A stretch of 64,000 nucleotides of DNA from Antedon mediterranea. Lineage: Eukaryota; Animalia; Echinodermata. Below the pieces are notes generated by a model, which saw only the letters and a list, made by a program, of their open reading frames with translations, made no database searches and was not told where the DNA came from. Positions 1 to 15,000 of this stretch are shown here, piece by piece (positions within the stretch are counted from its first letter, which is position 1; the number at the start of each line of letters is the position of its first letter). The DNA is taken from positions 2,480,001 to 2,544,000 of the forward strand of contig NC_092680.1 in NCBI RefSeq assembly GCF_964355755.1, written 5' to 3'. The translations under genes were made by a program, and so were the position numbers.

Positions 1-897
1 TTTGACTGCGCTGCTTATTTGACTGCGCTGCTTATTTGACTGCGCTGCTTATTTGACTGCGCTGCTTATTTGACTGCGCTGCTTATTTGACTGCGCTGCT
101 TATTTGACTGCGCTGCTTATTTGACTGCGCTGTTTATTTGGCTGCGCTACTTATTTGGCTGGTGATGCTTATTTGACTGTGCTGCTTATTTGACTGCGCT
201 GCTTATTTGACTGCGCTGCTTATTTGACTGCGCTGCTTATTTGACTGCGCTGCTTATTTGACTGCGCTGCTTATTTGACTGCGCTGCTTATTTGACTGTG
301 GTTGACTGTGGTGCTTATTTGGCTGCGCTACTTATTTGACTGTGGTGCTTATTTGACTGTGGTGCTTATTTGACTGTGCTGCTTATTTGACTGCGCTGCT
401 TATTTGACTGCGCTGCTTATTTGACTGCGCTGCTTATTTGACTGCGCTGCTTATTTGACTGCGCTGCTTATTTGACTGCGCTGCTTATTTGACTGCGCTG
501 CTTATTTGACTGCGCTGCTTATTTGACTGCGCTGCTTATTTGACTGCGCTGCTTATTTGACTGCGCTGCTTATTTGACTGCGCTGCTTATTTGACTGCGC
601 TGCTTATTTGACTGCGCTGCTTATTTGACTGCGCTGCTTATTTGACTGCGCTGCTTATTTGACTGCGCTGTTTATTTGGCTGCGCTACTTATTTGGCTGG
701 TGATGCTTATTTGGCTGCGCTACTTATTTGACTGTGATGCTTATTTGGCTGCGCTACTTATTTGACTGTGGTGCTTATTTGACTGTGGTGCTTATTTGAC
801 TGCGGTGCTTATTTGACTGTGGTGCTTATTTGGCTGCGCTACTTATTTGACTGTGGTGCTTATTTGACTGTGGTGCTTATTTGACTGCGGTGCTTAT
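1..897. repeat. 17-bp minisatellite (TTTGACTGCGCTGCTTA)n, running off the left edge of the window
   Basis: About 52 directly visible tandem copies, with variant units (TTTGACTGTGGTGCTTA, TTTGGCTGCGCTACTTA) concentrated toward the right end. Confidence 0.98.
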
Positions 898-2454
898 AAC
901 CTGTGGCTCTTTATATGCTTGTAACTTGTATCTGACTGTGGCTCTTACTGTGATCAAACTTAAACCTCTCAACGCAAAATTATAGGATAAATTTCAGGCT
1001 ACTTAGTCCACAACACAATGTTGACTATGCACGCTATTTAAATTTAAACCTAAGATATATATTTCCAACGAAAAACAAATGCACAATTGAGTTTATGTAT
1101 AAAAATTACCTACATATTACGTGTATTATTGAAAAATGATGTATGTTTAAATCATATCGATTATTATATACCATCTAGGGTAAGTTAATTAGGTTCAAAT
1201 TGCACCTGCCAATTGACATGAATGATTTCACACATTAGCATTTTTTCAGTCTATGTACACATTAATTTTTAAATCAACTTATGAATGAATTGGTACCTTC
1301 TTTAGTTAGATTATATAACTGTTTATATTTCAATGTTTAGGGGCTGAACTTGATTACTGTAGTTTTAACTATTTTTTAGCCTTTCCCTTGATAAAATTAT
1401 TATTATTTGTATGTAATTTATATTTGTGGGTAAATTGTTTTTCAACTGTGTGTATGTATCATATAAAGGTAGGTACAATACACATGCAGGGATCCAGATC
1501 CAAAAAGGTGGGGATGTGTACTTGTGTATGGAAGCATTCGGATTCCTACAGTTCCCCAGCCGTACATGAATGGACAGAGCATCATCACAAAGCCTCATTA
1601 TAACCTCCTAGGCAGAGGTAAATATGTATAAACAAGAGAAATCAGAGAGTAAAATGTAATGTAATGTCCGTAGTTCAAATTTGATACAGATTTGTTTTTT
1701 AATGTTGTCGTCATGCTACTGACAAACACACACACCAACACAAACACATGACAAGAATAAATCCTAGGCGGGGATAATAATAAATCTTTATCATCATCAA
1801 ATGGACGCATCAGAGATGGGGTTCATAATGCACATGTTAAAAATAAATGATTATGAATAATATAGTATTATTAAGAATTTAATATGTACTGTAGGGATTA
1901 CACAAATATAAGTAGATAACAATCATATTGCATATGGCACTGGTAGGGTAAAAACAAACAGATTTAATTGTGGGCTAATAGATGATGCACCCCTTCTAGA
2001 TCCACAACTGTAGTAGAAGGTAGCCTATGGTAAATATGGATTTCTTGAATACACCCCTTGTACTGTAGAACAAGCACTGTAAATAGTAAGTGTAAAAGTG
2101 CATTACAAAAGAAAATAGCAACCTGCATTTTAAATAATAATAAAACTCAATATATTTACAGATACTACAGTATTATGAACTGCATTTTTCATCATTTTAT
2201 TAAATATGAAATATATATATAAATATTTTATTAAAACAATGAAGTGACCTAATAAGAATGACCTCATGTGTATAGTTACTAGCTGAAACATCTGATAATG
2301 TCAAAATTGCCATGAATGAAAATTAATTCGCACATTTTAAAAATTAATAGTAAGATATATTGTTAGTATTTTTCATAATTAAAGTTTTTATTAAAATATT
2401 CACATTTTGTACAAGTAAAAAGTTATAGAAAGTGCTACACTGCAGCTTAAGGTT

Positions 2455-2769
2455 GAGTGAGTGAGTGGCCGAGCGGTTAAGACAGTGGAACCGTAATTAC
2501 GTAGCCATAACATCAGCAGGGGTTCGAGGCTCACTCACTCCATGGTTCTGGTGGTAGAACGAGTCTTCTCGGATAAGGACTATAAACCGTAAGTCCAGTG
2601 TACACATCTAGCTTGTGTGCACTTTAAAGAACCTAGTACATCTTTCGAGACGAGTAGGGGGTTACCCCGGTGTATTAGTACATCACAGCCACTGATCACC
2701 AACTGGGCCCTCTGAGAGACCAGTCATTGACTGAAGAGGTTACCCAGTATAAATATATATTTTCAATTC
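2455..2769 (+). mobile_element. Full-length tRNA-derived SINE with Deu/Nin-type central domain
   Basis: Pol III A box (TGGCCGAGCGGT), B box (GGTTCGAG) and a GAGTGAGT/ACTCACTC acceptor-like stem. The body has GGACTATAAACCG...TAAAGAACC...GAGTAGGGGGTTACCCCGG, typical of Deu/Nin-domain SINEs, and a (TTCAA)n tail. A 6-bp target duplication AAGGTT lies at 2449-2454 and 2770-2775. A near-identical copy is at 37953-38197. Confidence 0.88.
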
Positions 2770-3776
2770 AAGGTTTCAAGCCTTTCAGTACACAGTTTTT
2801 GAGAATTGTGATAAATATTGAGTTGCTAAGAATACCATAGACTCACTGCAGTTGTGTAATTCAACTTCATGATTAGATAATTATGAAATGGGTTTCAATT
2901 TTAATCCATTGCATGGTATCAAGATTCTAATTTTATTCTCATCCATTTCTGGAAATTCCATTGCATTAAAAATTACAGAACAACAATTGCAACTACATTA
3001 CAACGAAAATATTTGATATATAAAAACAATAAAAATCAAAACTATTTACATTAAATTTCACTTATAATTTTCATCGTTTGTAATTTGTGTTAAAAAGTTG
3101 AATGGCTTGTGGAAGGAAGGATAGAAGATATCAAAGCTTTTAGTACGTACTTTATTGAGATCTGGTGATACAAAGTAAACATAAGGTTTGCAAAGAATGA
3201 AATAGACTCACTGCAATTATGATTAGTTTACAATATAGAACTTAAGTGTTTCAATTTCAATCCATTGCACACTTTCAAACCCTTTAGTACAAGTTTTTTG
3301 GAACTATTATGGCGAAATTCACCAATAGACACAAATAGACCAACTGCAGTCCTGACTATAATCACAACATAGATATGCCTAAAACTGTTAATTTCAATAC
3401 ATTGCACAGTTTCAAAGTTTTTGAGATATACATACTTAAAATGACAAAAATAAAATTGTCAGTTGAATTTGGTTTTTTTTCTGTCTCCATAGCATCTCCC
3501 AAGAGTGAATGTTTTTACCAATAAAAGGCAATAAAGACGTAAATGTTATATTCTGGTCATGTGACTAAATGTAGATCACATGAAGATGTAGTGAACATTT
3601 TATCTGCTGAAATCTAATGATAACATTTTTACAACATGAAACTAGATCAGAATGAAGAAGTAAAGTTTTAACAAAGATCTCATCTTCAGACAAAAAGGTG
3701 TAGAGTTGCTAACCGATTATGAGAAATTAGACCTATATGACTTATTGAAGATTATTATCAAATTAATGAATATTAA

Positions 3777-4083
3777 AGAAGTATTGTCCCTCTGAAAATA
3801 TTTATTTTTTTTACATTTTTGTTGTTGAATATGTCATTTTAATGTCACATAATAGTTTTAAAATAAAAAATGTAACCGAAAAAAAATTATTTAGCTGAAA
3901 AAATGTAATTTAAAGCAAAAAAATAATCAAACTGGCTGCCAGTCAATTGATTTTTGGTTGAATTTGACCATTTATGTTGTCATTTTAAATGAGAAACATT
4001 TTTGTTGGTTTTTTTTACAGAGGGAATAACTTACTCAAAGTCTTATTTAATTAATTTTTAATGTTTTTGGTGACAATACATCT
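3777..4083. mobile_element. Kolobok-like non-autonomous DNA transposon (TTAA target)
   Basis: TTAA|AGAAGTATTGTCCC...GACAATACATCT|TTAA inverted termini. Related copies at 22402-22716 and 25697-26029, and a reversed fragment near 14205-14280. Confidence 0.75.
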
Positions 4084-5688
4084 TTAACATAAATGCTCTA
4101 TTTCTCAAAATATGTGATAGTAAAAAGTAGTTTCAAGTAAAAACTATAAATAAGAAATATTTTTTTTAAATGTTATAGAAATATTGTGAATTTTGTTTTA
4201 AGTGAAATTTTTCTGGAAAGTATAGGCTAATATAATTTGATTCTCATGGTAGAGAGGGCAGCAAACACAAATTTTAATTCTTCAGTTACATTTTTTACCA
4301 CCAACTTACACTAAACTTTTGAACTTTAACAATATTTTTTTAAATAATCAACTAAAATAAATTTCAAAATCCACGAACCTCTGAAAAAATACAAAAAGAA
4401 ACTCATGAAATGCTTTTGATCACAGAACTCAATTTATAACTAAATTAATGTATACACAGTAGTACACCATTATTATAAAAAAAGTAACTTTTTTGGGGGG
4501 TGAAAATATTAAAAAGCAATATACGCAGTTGGGTGTCAGACATAGTGAGTAATACATTTAAAGTAAAATAGGCCTATCAAGTATGTGTTACATTTTCTAA
4601 AAACATGAAAAAATCCACCTCAAACAAAGAGCAAACAAATTGAATTTATACCTAAAACCTACAACAAATTTTATCCAAACCAACATCAGAAGTTAGTGAA
4701 CTATCGACTCTTACATCACCACTGATATTAAAGCCATAGGCTTCCAATATCTAACGGGAAAATGTGTAAAACACAAGCCTGTAGGCAGGCAAGTGTGTAA
4801 TGGAACCCCTCTTTCAAAACTGGAGACCAGAAGCGGAAGTGATGGTTAATTGGTCAAACTAACCTCTACTCAACAAGTGGAAATTACCCCGACTACGCAT
4901 TTGAAGCAGGAACCTCTGTTTGATACAAGATTCTAATTTTTATTGATGGAAAACACTTTCGTGATTCACATCCAAATCTGTTTTGATACAAAAATGTTCA
5001 TTGAAAAATATAATGCCCAACAGATAAACAGAGACAATGAACAATGACCTTGTGGTTGGTTGAAAAACATCAATACTAAATTCTAAGATTTTAATGTTGA
5101 TAACTGTATGTTGTAGTAGGCGCCAATCCAATTTCTTTCTAATGCATTGTTATTGTCAATTGGACATCTTGGACACTCTAGGCAACCTAGGTAATTTGTG
5201 GCCACTGTCTAAGTGCTGACAAGATGATGAAGTCTTGTGGCCTTGAGCAGAAAATAGATACAAATACCTTTGGAGGTCAATTAAAGAAAAGTTTATTTTT
5301 CCTTTTCAGACACAATGATGAATCATTAATTGCAATTAAGCTGAACAGACGAAAGAGAACAATTGCTAACCTGCGGTGGCAGCAGAATGTTCATAGATCA
5401 GAATCAATGACAACTAATGAATTATAACTTGAAGCTACAGGTGACTCCAATATTAACACACATCATTATTTATTTGTTTGTTTGTTGATTTTAACTATTA
5501 ATAGAATATGTTTCCTATAAAGATTTCTTTAAAAGGAAGGCCTGTTCTCATTTCACACATAGACCAGTGTTAACACCACTAGTTTTACTTTGTCCACATG
5601 CGCAAACTTTTGTAATCTTGATTTTGTAATCTTCATATGAACCCTACATGTTTTAATAACTTTTATACTGAATTATATTTATACTACA

Positions 5689-5870
5689 CAGGTGGGAGTA
5701 ACCTAGTAGCGAGCTTTTGTTTTAAGACGGTAGGCGAAGGATCAGTGACAGTGAGAGGCCAACGCTATAAATTTTTATGCCTGTTTTTCCTCTGGACACT
5801 TCTCAGGGGCCCTCATAAGCTCCGGGGCCCCTGGGTTTAGCCAGTGAGCGTTAATAGCCGTTACGCCACT
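5689..5870 (-). mobile_element. Short hAT-like non-autonomous element (CAGTGGCGTAAC terminus)
   Basis: The reverse complement of 5770-5870 aligns by eye with 57950-58045, and both ends are degenerate inverted repeats. Confidence 0.6.
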
Positions 5871-6068
5871 GCGAAGGATGAATGTTAAATCACCAAATAC
5901 AGTTCGGATAACAATGGCGAATACTAGGATGTCAAAAAATGAATAATATACATTATTACTTACTTGTATTGCAAATGTGATGTCTTGCACTTTGAATGCT
6001 AGAATGTAATTGCTGAAACACCATGTACTACTACTAAAAGATGCATGAAATAAACAGATATGTCTGAC

Positions 6069-9000
6069 CTGTTAGTGCCAAGGAGTGTCCACTTCCAGCA
6101 GCGACCATGATGATGTTTTCATGACTTGTGAACTTGCGAATTGGAAAGAGGATGTCCTTACGCCGCATTCCACAAGCTCTACCGTTGCCCCAAACATAAA
6201 GTTCACCAGACACTACAATAAACAAAATAGTATACTTGATTGATTAAAGACCCCTTCCCTGCAATTTTGGACGTTTTTTGGAAAATAATACATATATATC
6301 ACTTTAAAAACATTAAACCATGTCATTCCTTGTCTTAAATGTACGTTTTATGGTAAATTATGATAAAAAGTGAGAAACAATGCACTACCTAAGTAGCTCG
6401 CGGCGATCGACCTCTCGTGGACGGTCTCAGGCCTAGCCTAGCTAGGCTTAGTTTTGTAGGCCTAGCTGGTAAACATCGGTAACGTACGAACATCGTACGC
6501 TAGCTATATACCTAGCCTGACGTTGTATAGTTGCTACATTAATTGTCTTTCTATTTTTGCCAGACTCCGTTGATACAAATTGGGGAAAACCCGGTATTTT
6601 CGCTGAAAAGTTAGGAGTCTTCCATTTGTTTTGGCTTCACGATCGATCGAAAAGTGGGCGAATTACAGGTGAAAAACAACAATATCAATCCGCGCGCAAT
6701 GCATTTTGGGATTTATAGCGGGCCGCTATAATTATTAAAATCGATTTATTTTTCACATTTTTAACCGTTTAAAGACGAAAAAAGTTATCGCAATAGGACC
6801 ATATAGTATTATTTTTACATTAAATATAGTTTGTGATCTTAAATTAGATCTAAAAAACGTAGGGAATGGGGCTTTAAGTATTCATTTAGCATCTTTTGAA
6901 TCTGTATCCATTTTTTTTAAGTTTGATATTGGGAAAGCTGACTATCTTAAGATTCCAATCCATATCTAGAATTAAGGAATTGAATCAAATAGGACAAATG
7001 GATGTAATGTCACCTGTAGTGGCTATACTGTGCCCAGCACCACATGCTATATGCACAACATCTTCAAGTCTTTCATTTACTTTTGGCGATTGTATTTCTT
7101 CAGTATCCCCTGTACCAAGTTGTCCATAACTGTTTTGTCTAAACATAGTGTAATATACAAATATATACATTAATAATAAAATGAATATAATTAGTTCACT
7201 CCCCATACTTTGCTATATTCAAGCCAAATTGGAACCCAAAAACCTGCGACATATGTTCAGACTAACCTATACTAGTCTTAACCCAGTCTTAACTACTCAA
7301 GACTCCAGTGTTATCCATATTCCAGGATTTGATCCAGGAACCAAGGATTAGTAAACAAAGCATGTTAACCACCAAGTGACACCTGTGAATGTGATATTAT
7401 TTAGACAACCTAGTGTTAACCCAGAGACCGCAAGACTCCAGTGGTATATTCATAATTTCTTATATTCATACATATTCCAGGATTTGAACCAGGACCTAAG
7501 GATTAGTAAAGAACCATGTTAACCACCAGGTTCAAATGCCACTTTAATTCAGGTCAACCTAGCCCGTCAGAAACCTGAAAGCTCACAACACCTGTGATAT
7601 TAATCAGGCCAACCTAGTCTGAACCCATCCAGGTATACACCAACAAACACAATACAACTACGGTACTGCACATGAAATTATACAATACCTGTCTACTATA
7701 ATAAACTAGGTCACATTATATGATTATACACATTATATGATTATCATTCCAACGACATTTCCCAAAAGTAACATATATGTTAAGAAAAACATAAATCAAC
7801 ATAAGGTATGTAATATATGGTGAACTTTGTAGGAAGCACCCAGTAAAATGGTAAATGTATGAGATGAGACAATGAGAAAAACATTCCAAAATGACTGTAA
7901 AAATGTGTTGAAATTGATGATTTATCATGCACCTAGAAAATATAGATCTATGGGAAATGAACATACATAGTTGAACATTATTTGATTGCATATAGTACTT
8001 TAATCTATGTCACATCTAAAGTCGATTGAAATGTAATTTAGCTTGGATGCTTAATGATTTGTGGCTGTACATTTTAGAATGTTCTCCCAACGGAATTATG
8101 TCTTTACAAATAATATCTGTTTCAAATTGGGCTATATAATCATTTTTGGGTGAATGTGGCTAGGGACCTCTGGTCTTATTGAAGATTCAGATAATTTGAT
8201 ATCGCCTATTAGTTTAAAATTGATCTCTGAAAATTGCTTTTACCTTGATACTAGTAACAGTTTTCATGTGAGATTGTAGCCATAATGTTTAACTACAGCA
8301 GAGAGCTGTGCTTCAGGGAGCTAAGTTAATTGGACATACTCTTTTGTCCTACTCTGACATAACTGTACTGTGGCGGGACTTGAACCAACAACCTTCAGAT
8401 CAATAGCCTGATGTTCACTGCTAGACCACATAGTCTGTGCTGATAGCTAGGGTTAAATTCTATAGACAAACATACCTGTAGTCTGTGCTGATGGCTAGGG
8501 TTAAATGCTATAGACCACAGTCTGTGCTGATGGCTAGGGTTAAATTCTATAGACCACAGTCTGTGCTGATGGCTAGGGTTAAATTCTATAGACCACAGTC
8601 TGTGCTGATGGCTAGGGTTAAATTCTATAGACAAACATACCTGTAGTCTGTGCTGATGGCTAGGGTTAAATGCTATAGACCACATAGTCTGTGCTGATGA
8701 CAAATTTAAGCCCAAGGAAGCATCGGGTACTGCACTATTACATGATGATAATTGTTAAACTAGGAAGTTGCTTGCATCAAGGAGCATTAAAGATATAAAG
8801 AAACTTCTCATGAAAGTTTACTAGTCATTGAACATAATACAATAGACCCTCCTTTAGTTAATTATAACACGTTTTAAAGGGGACACTCTGTTTAGTCTTG
8901 AAGATGCCCCTTAATTATAGGGTTCTTATAAAAATTAATAATAGATTTAATTATAAAAATTAGCTTTGATTCTTTCAACAACACTACTGTAGGCATCGAG

Positions 9001-12000
9001 AATTGATATTGAAATTTAATGTGCAATACCGATCGATGTAGGAAATCATTTGTCCACAACTCTATTCATGTTTTCAACTCAACATTTCAAAGATAGTTTG
9101 TTTACAACTGTATATAGTTTTAATGTATTGTTTGTATTGATATTTTTAATGTTTTATATATTGTATGTGTTTTTAAGCATCAAAGGAAAACCAATTTCAT
9201 GTTAGCCTTGTGTTCATGACAATAAAGATTTATCTTATCTTATCTTGAATAGATATTTACAATAAAGATAATTGATAGGATTAATACCAGCTTAGGTTGA
9301 ATTATCACAAGGCATCATAGGATTAAAATTCAAATTCTAACTAATTAGATCTCGTTGGAAGTGTTGACTTCTTCATACTACACATTTAATCATAGTAACA
9401 TTATTATTTCTAATGTTTTTCATACGTCACACACAGACATAATCATTAAATGGCTAGAAGCTATTCAAATAAAGTGTTGCTAATAAATAATATATCTATA
9501 ATAGCCGATGCTATTTAAACACCTTTGCTAAATCCAAGATTCATTATAGATGAATCAAAGAAAGGATTTAAAAACAACCATTCTATAAATGAAAGTATCG
9601 GGGAAAACCCCTACTTTTCTTCCATTTAGGAGCAAACTCCATAGTTGAAGGCTACTGCTCCACTGGCTATACCTGTTCCACTTCTTTTTTTGTTTGTTTT
9701 TTTGTATACAGTGTATGGTGCATATATACATATACCAAATAACATACATTTAGTTTATTTGATCATCAATTTAATTGTTTTTAATAGCTATATCATACAT
9801 ACAGGGGATTTCTACTTATTATAAGCTGTGCTTCAGAGATTCCCTCTTTCCATTGTTTTGTTTTTTAATGATTATTTATGATTTTGTGAGTGGAAATAAA
9901 GAAACAACAAATACTCAGTAGTGATATCCATATTCAGGGAACACCAAAGGAGAAGGAAATATGTTATCAGTATGACTATGCATTTCTCAAAATGTATATC
10001 TTACCCACAAACTGCTATCTGCCCGGTAGAAAATAAGAATAGTGTGTGTTTTTCACCACAGGCCACTGATTTCACTACATGATGAGCTATAGGCTGGAGC
10101 AAATGAGGAAAAACCTACATAGATAAACAAAAACAGTTCATTTTTATATAGTGTAAGCAAGCTCTCAATGCGCTGCATATTATTACGGGGGTCATTTTTT
10201 GGATCAAACACGTATGGAAACATGCTCCCATAATAATGCAGCTAGTAATCAGCACAAAGTTGTGTCTTGATCTAACCGGTACCTATTTTATACACCTGGG
10301 TGGAGAGAGGCAAATGTAAGCAGAGTGTTTTGCATAAGGATACACGCAATGTGGCGAGAGTTGGATTCGAACCATGATCTCACAATCAGTAATCCAACAT
10401 CCAACACACTGCGCCACACCCATCATTCATGAGTAAAGAAATATTTAACAAGTACGTATTATAAAATAGGCTTAGTCAGTATTTTAAAATTTTTTCATAG
10501 TACAGTTTTTTCACGCATTGTAAAAAAACTCTTATTATTATCCATGGTGTCATTACCCAGGTCTTGGTTCTATTGTTGTTGTTATCGATGAACATTTAAT
10601 GTTCAAATTTGTTGCTCTTGTGTTAGAAAACGAGTAAACAAAGTAATAAGAGATAACATTAATAAAGAAAGTCATCAAATGTTTACCAGAGTCAAGTTAA
10701 ACAAAAAAGCATACTTCAATCGAAAAATTTAATTATCATAGTTCAGTAAATGTCAGCACATCTCAGAAACTAAGTATGTTATTTGCGTTAAATCTGATAA
10801 TGCTTTAATTAGTACACTGGATAAATAGCATTACATTATAATTAAAGTTTACAGATATCGGTCTTAGAATCTGTAGGGAGATACAAAAATAGGTAATGAC
10901 AGGTGTCGCAGTAATCGGCGAAAATGAAACAGGTTAAGTATTCGGATAATTGATTAAATCGTTACTTGTACTTTTAGGTGAGCGATTATACGAGCACAAC
11001 GTCTGATTAAAAGTAGAAACTATGACGGATGAAATTAAAATATAAAACATAAATTTTCCATGTCTGAATTTGTACATTCAAAAATGTGATTTGCGAATGT
11101 GTACGCGCAATTGAAAGTGCAGGTTGCATTACCCAAGGGCACAGGGCACGTCAATGAATGCTTCAATCATAATAAACACAACTCTCCATTTGAAAAAAAC
11201 AATGCTATGCGATTTCCATTATATGCTTCTGACGAACATAAGAACATGTAACTAAACAAATAAAATTATTATTATTTCTTTAATTTTTCAAGTATGTAGT
11301 ACTTTTTTAACCCTGCCACAAATAAATCGATACAAAAAAAATTTTATTAAATTCATTACAGCAACATTTAATAGCAAGGAATAGCAAAAGAAGTTGGAGC
11401 ATACAAACATGAATCAATACCATATATATACTCAGATATTCAAACTTAGAAAAATGAAATATTTGGATGTTTTATCAAATTATAGGGGGAAAATAATACA
11501 TCAAACTATAGAGGGTGCTATAATAATACATCAAACTATAGAGGGCACTATAATAATACATTAAACTATAGAGGGCACTATAATAATACATTAAGCTGTA
11601 GAGGGCACTATAATAATACATTAAACTATAGAGGGCACTATAATAATACATTAAACTATAGAGGGCACTATAATAATACATCAAACTATAGAGGGCACTA
11701 TAATAATACATTAAACTATAGAGGGCACTATAATAATACATCAAACTATAGAGGGCACTATAATAATACATTAAACTATAGAGGGCACTATAATACATCA
11801 AACTATAGAGGGTGCTATAATAATACATCAAACTATAGGTGCTATAATAATACATCAAACTATAGAGGGCACTATAATAATACATTAAACTATAGAGGGC
11901 ACTATAATAATACATTAAACTATAGAGGGCACTATAATAATACATTAAACTATAGAGGGCACTATAATAATACATTAAACTATAGAGGGCACTATAATAA

Positions 12001-15000
12001 TACATCAAACTATAGAGGACACTATTAATATCCATTATGACAGTAAACATGGACATGTTAGCCTATATAAGGGTGGAAAATGTGGCGCAAATAACTCAAT
12101 ATTTAAACAATTCAACCATTCTTCTAGTACATTTCAATAGAAAGAGCGAATGTATGGTTACGCCAAAATGTCATGATGTTATGACTGTTGTTGGCCAAGG
12201 TTACGTAGCCATAATTCTAAATGTCATTTTCACAAACACATTCGTCAACTTTCTTTGTAGGAAAACGTAGCTGTCTGTCTCAATTCATCTCCTCATTAAA
12301 TTAACTAGAAAATTACGCCTAAGGAAATTTAACATTGAACTTTGAAAAGTGCGATCAATTTAGTGAACATTTATATCTAGATGAACTTTATTACGTGATA
12401 GATCATCACATATGATCTAGCTTTTTATTCTAAACACAGAAGTCCCCACTAGAAAAGAAATTTGCTGAACGCAACACAACCTACACTCACAAGAAAATAC
12501 TCTTCTATCAAGTTTGCGTCCACATACAATTTGAACAAAGCACTTCTGATACACAAGGTTATGTTCGTACGGCATTTTGCGTTGATACATTGCGTCTACG
12601 TCCATTGCATCAAACTTTTATGTGACAAAAACATGTGATGTGTCCCTTTATGGACATATCACTACCATATTTAGACATATCAGTACCATATATGTGCACA
12701 TCACACTGTTTTTGTCAAACTAGTTTGATAGTGTAGACAGAGCTTAAGAGGGAACCAAGCAAGGATACAGTTAGGCTATGTTTTGAATGTAATTAATCGG
12801 TCTGGTGGTAATTGATATTATGAATGATTAATATGAAAATGATTATTCAATCTCTAATAAACAAGGCAATCTTATTATTATACAGACAACTTAATCTAAA
12901 ATATACTATGAATAAATTAGTACCTGATGGATAATAAATGAATTCATTACTGCGGTGTTAATTGAATTGCAGCTGAACTTTTGAAAATCATAAAGTATAC
13001 TTTTAATAAAGGTTAATAACACAATAATTATTTGTCATAAACAGTTAGTTCGATTATAATAATCTTCATTTTAGCTAGGAGACTCCCATAATTTTGACTT
13101 GTCTCTTGGCTTTAAATCTGCTTTCAAGGCTCAAAGATGACCATCTCATTCATTTAACTTCAGATATTGGCATCTATCTGCACCTTATGAGTAGATCTCC
13201 AACATTGTGTTGGTAAAAAGATCTTTATACAGTAATAGAAATGGGATGTAGTTGGAATGTTTTAAAATAAATAAATAATGTTCAATTTTTACGTACCCAC
13301 GACCCGGCGGTGGACGGTTTTCAAACATGATACCAGCTAAAATATAGTTATTAAATACCATGCATGCTAAAATATTTTGTTACGAATATTAAGTCTCCTG
13401 AACTAATCAGTACATATATATATATATATGTATACAATTAAAGGTTTATACTAGTGAAATATGTGAAAATGGCATTGAAGGTTTAAAAACCATTCATGCG
13501 ACCAACCTAAGGGCTAGCATGTTTTCTGTATCTCTAGTCACAAAAAAAGAAGGATTTTAAACACTTTTGAATATCTTAACACGATTTAAATCTTGCTCAG
13601 GGCTTCAATATTCTGGTACATGTTGCCCAGGGAAAATACTTTTTTAAAAATGCCTTAACAATTTAACATGCCATGTTCAATAAATGTTCTAATAATAGTA
13701 CATAAATTCTATAAATTTATTCTAATAAATTCAGCTTGTTGATAGTTAATTTGTCATTTATTAATAATATAAATCCTAGCCAATCTTAACATTAATGAAC
13801 AAATAGAATTTATGGAGGCAAAACCATTACATCAATTTTACTAACGACTTTAACCGAGACAACCTTGAATAAAGTGTAAAAGTAGAAAGCTACAAATAGC
13901 ATTCATTTAAAATCTATAAAAGCATTACAGTTCAAACGTAAATGAATGCTACTGGAAACAAATTTAAATTCTAAATTGAACAGGATAAGGTATGAAATGT
14001 CAGGACATACATAATTCAAGACGAGATAATATTCAAATAAGTAGTAGTTTTAGCGTCAGACAGGGCATGGCGAAAAGAAAATAAGTCACGTCTCAATAAG
14101 AAGGGTTATGTGGGAGCAAGATACTTATTCATCCGATGGCAATGGTTAGGTTTCTTGGTATGAGCCAACCATTTTAATCTATCAGCACCACACCTCCCAA
14201 CTATTGCGTGACATTAAAATGACATATTCAACGAAAAATTTGAACAAAAAAATATATTTTACGGGGACAATACCTTTAATTAATATAGTATAGAAGGCCT
14301 ACAAAAAAGCAAATCAAATACATTTTTATTATGTTTTTTTACAGATAATTAGAGCTGTTAGTGTTAGTACTAAGGTTGGCATAACTTGTTATCAAGAAAT
14401 ATGTCGATAGACTTCACACCTCAACTAATCCTTTATCTCAACTAATCCTTTATCTCAACTAATCCCATGTCCCTACCCTCACCCTATGTTTCTTATCTCC
14501 CATAAAATTTCAACCATTTTGTGGTTCAATACAGTGAATTGCACAATATAATTTATTTTCAAATATCGAATTATTTCTTAGGTAACAAATCGTACACTAA
14601 GAAATGCATGAATAAACGCAACATATTTTATATAGGCCTTGAACTAAAGTGTTTGGTCCCCAAGGACTGTAATGTCTGCAATCAGAAGAGTAATGTGTTA
14701 GCCGTGATTCCTACTCATGTTAAATAAACATTATCATCACGATTCTATGACACGAAAAAATTATTTATACTGTCTGCTTTCGTTTTACCTTTTACATTGA
14801 AATAAAAATAAAAGATTGCAATATTTATATAAATGACATTTATGTGTTTTGGTTAATATTATATTTACGCTATCAGTTTTTTTTTAGGTTGGAGTAATAA
14901 ATGAGTTTGTACATCGTCTTGTTTTTACAGATATAAATATAATCTGTTTGTTTAATCAAAGAATTTTGTATTTGTTACACATACAAAAAAGAATGACATT

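Noticed and set aside
1-897. Regular short repeat array as possible CRISPR or telomere
   Set aside because: Units are directly adjacent with no unique spacers, there are no cas genes, the context is eukaryotic, and the unit is not a TTAGGG-type repeat.
1490-1618. GC-richer patch open in a plus frame (DPDPKRWGCVLVYGSIRIP...) ending at AG|GTAAAT; one minus frame contains MYGWG
   Set aside because: No good acceptor on either strand, no recognisable homology and no partner exons. I could not link it to the RCC1 gene.
2459-2542. tRNA gene
   Set aside because: It lacks a proper anticodon arm and runs directly into a SINE body with tail and TSD, so it is a SINE head.
2770-3435. Degenerate ~130-bp repeats that looked like leucine-rich-repeat coding on the minus strand
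   Set aside because: The two frames I traced hit stops and the repeats fall in different frames. Treated as old non-coding repeat.
11475-12056. 193-aa Tyr-rich ORF
   Set aside because: Translation of a 30-bp minisatellite within an intron.
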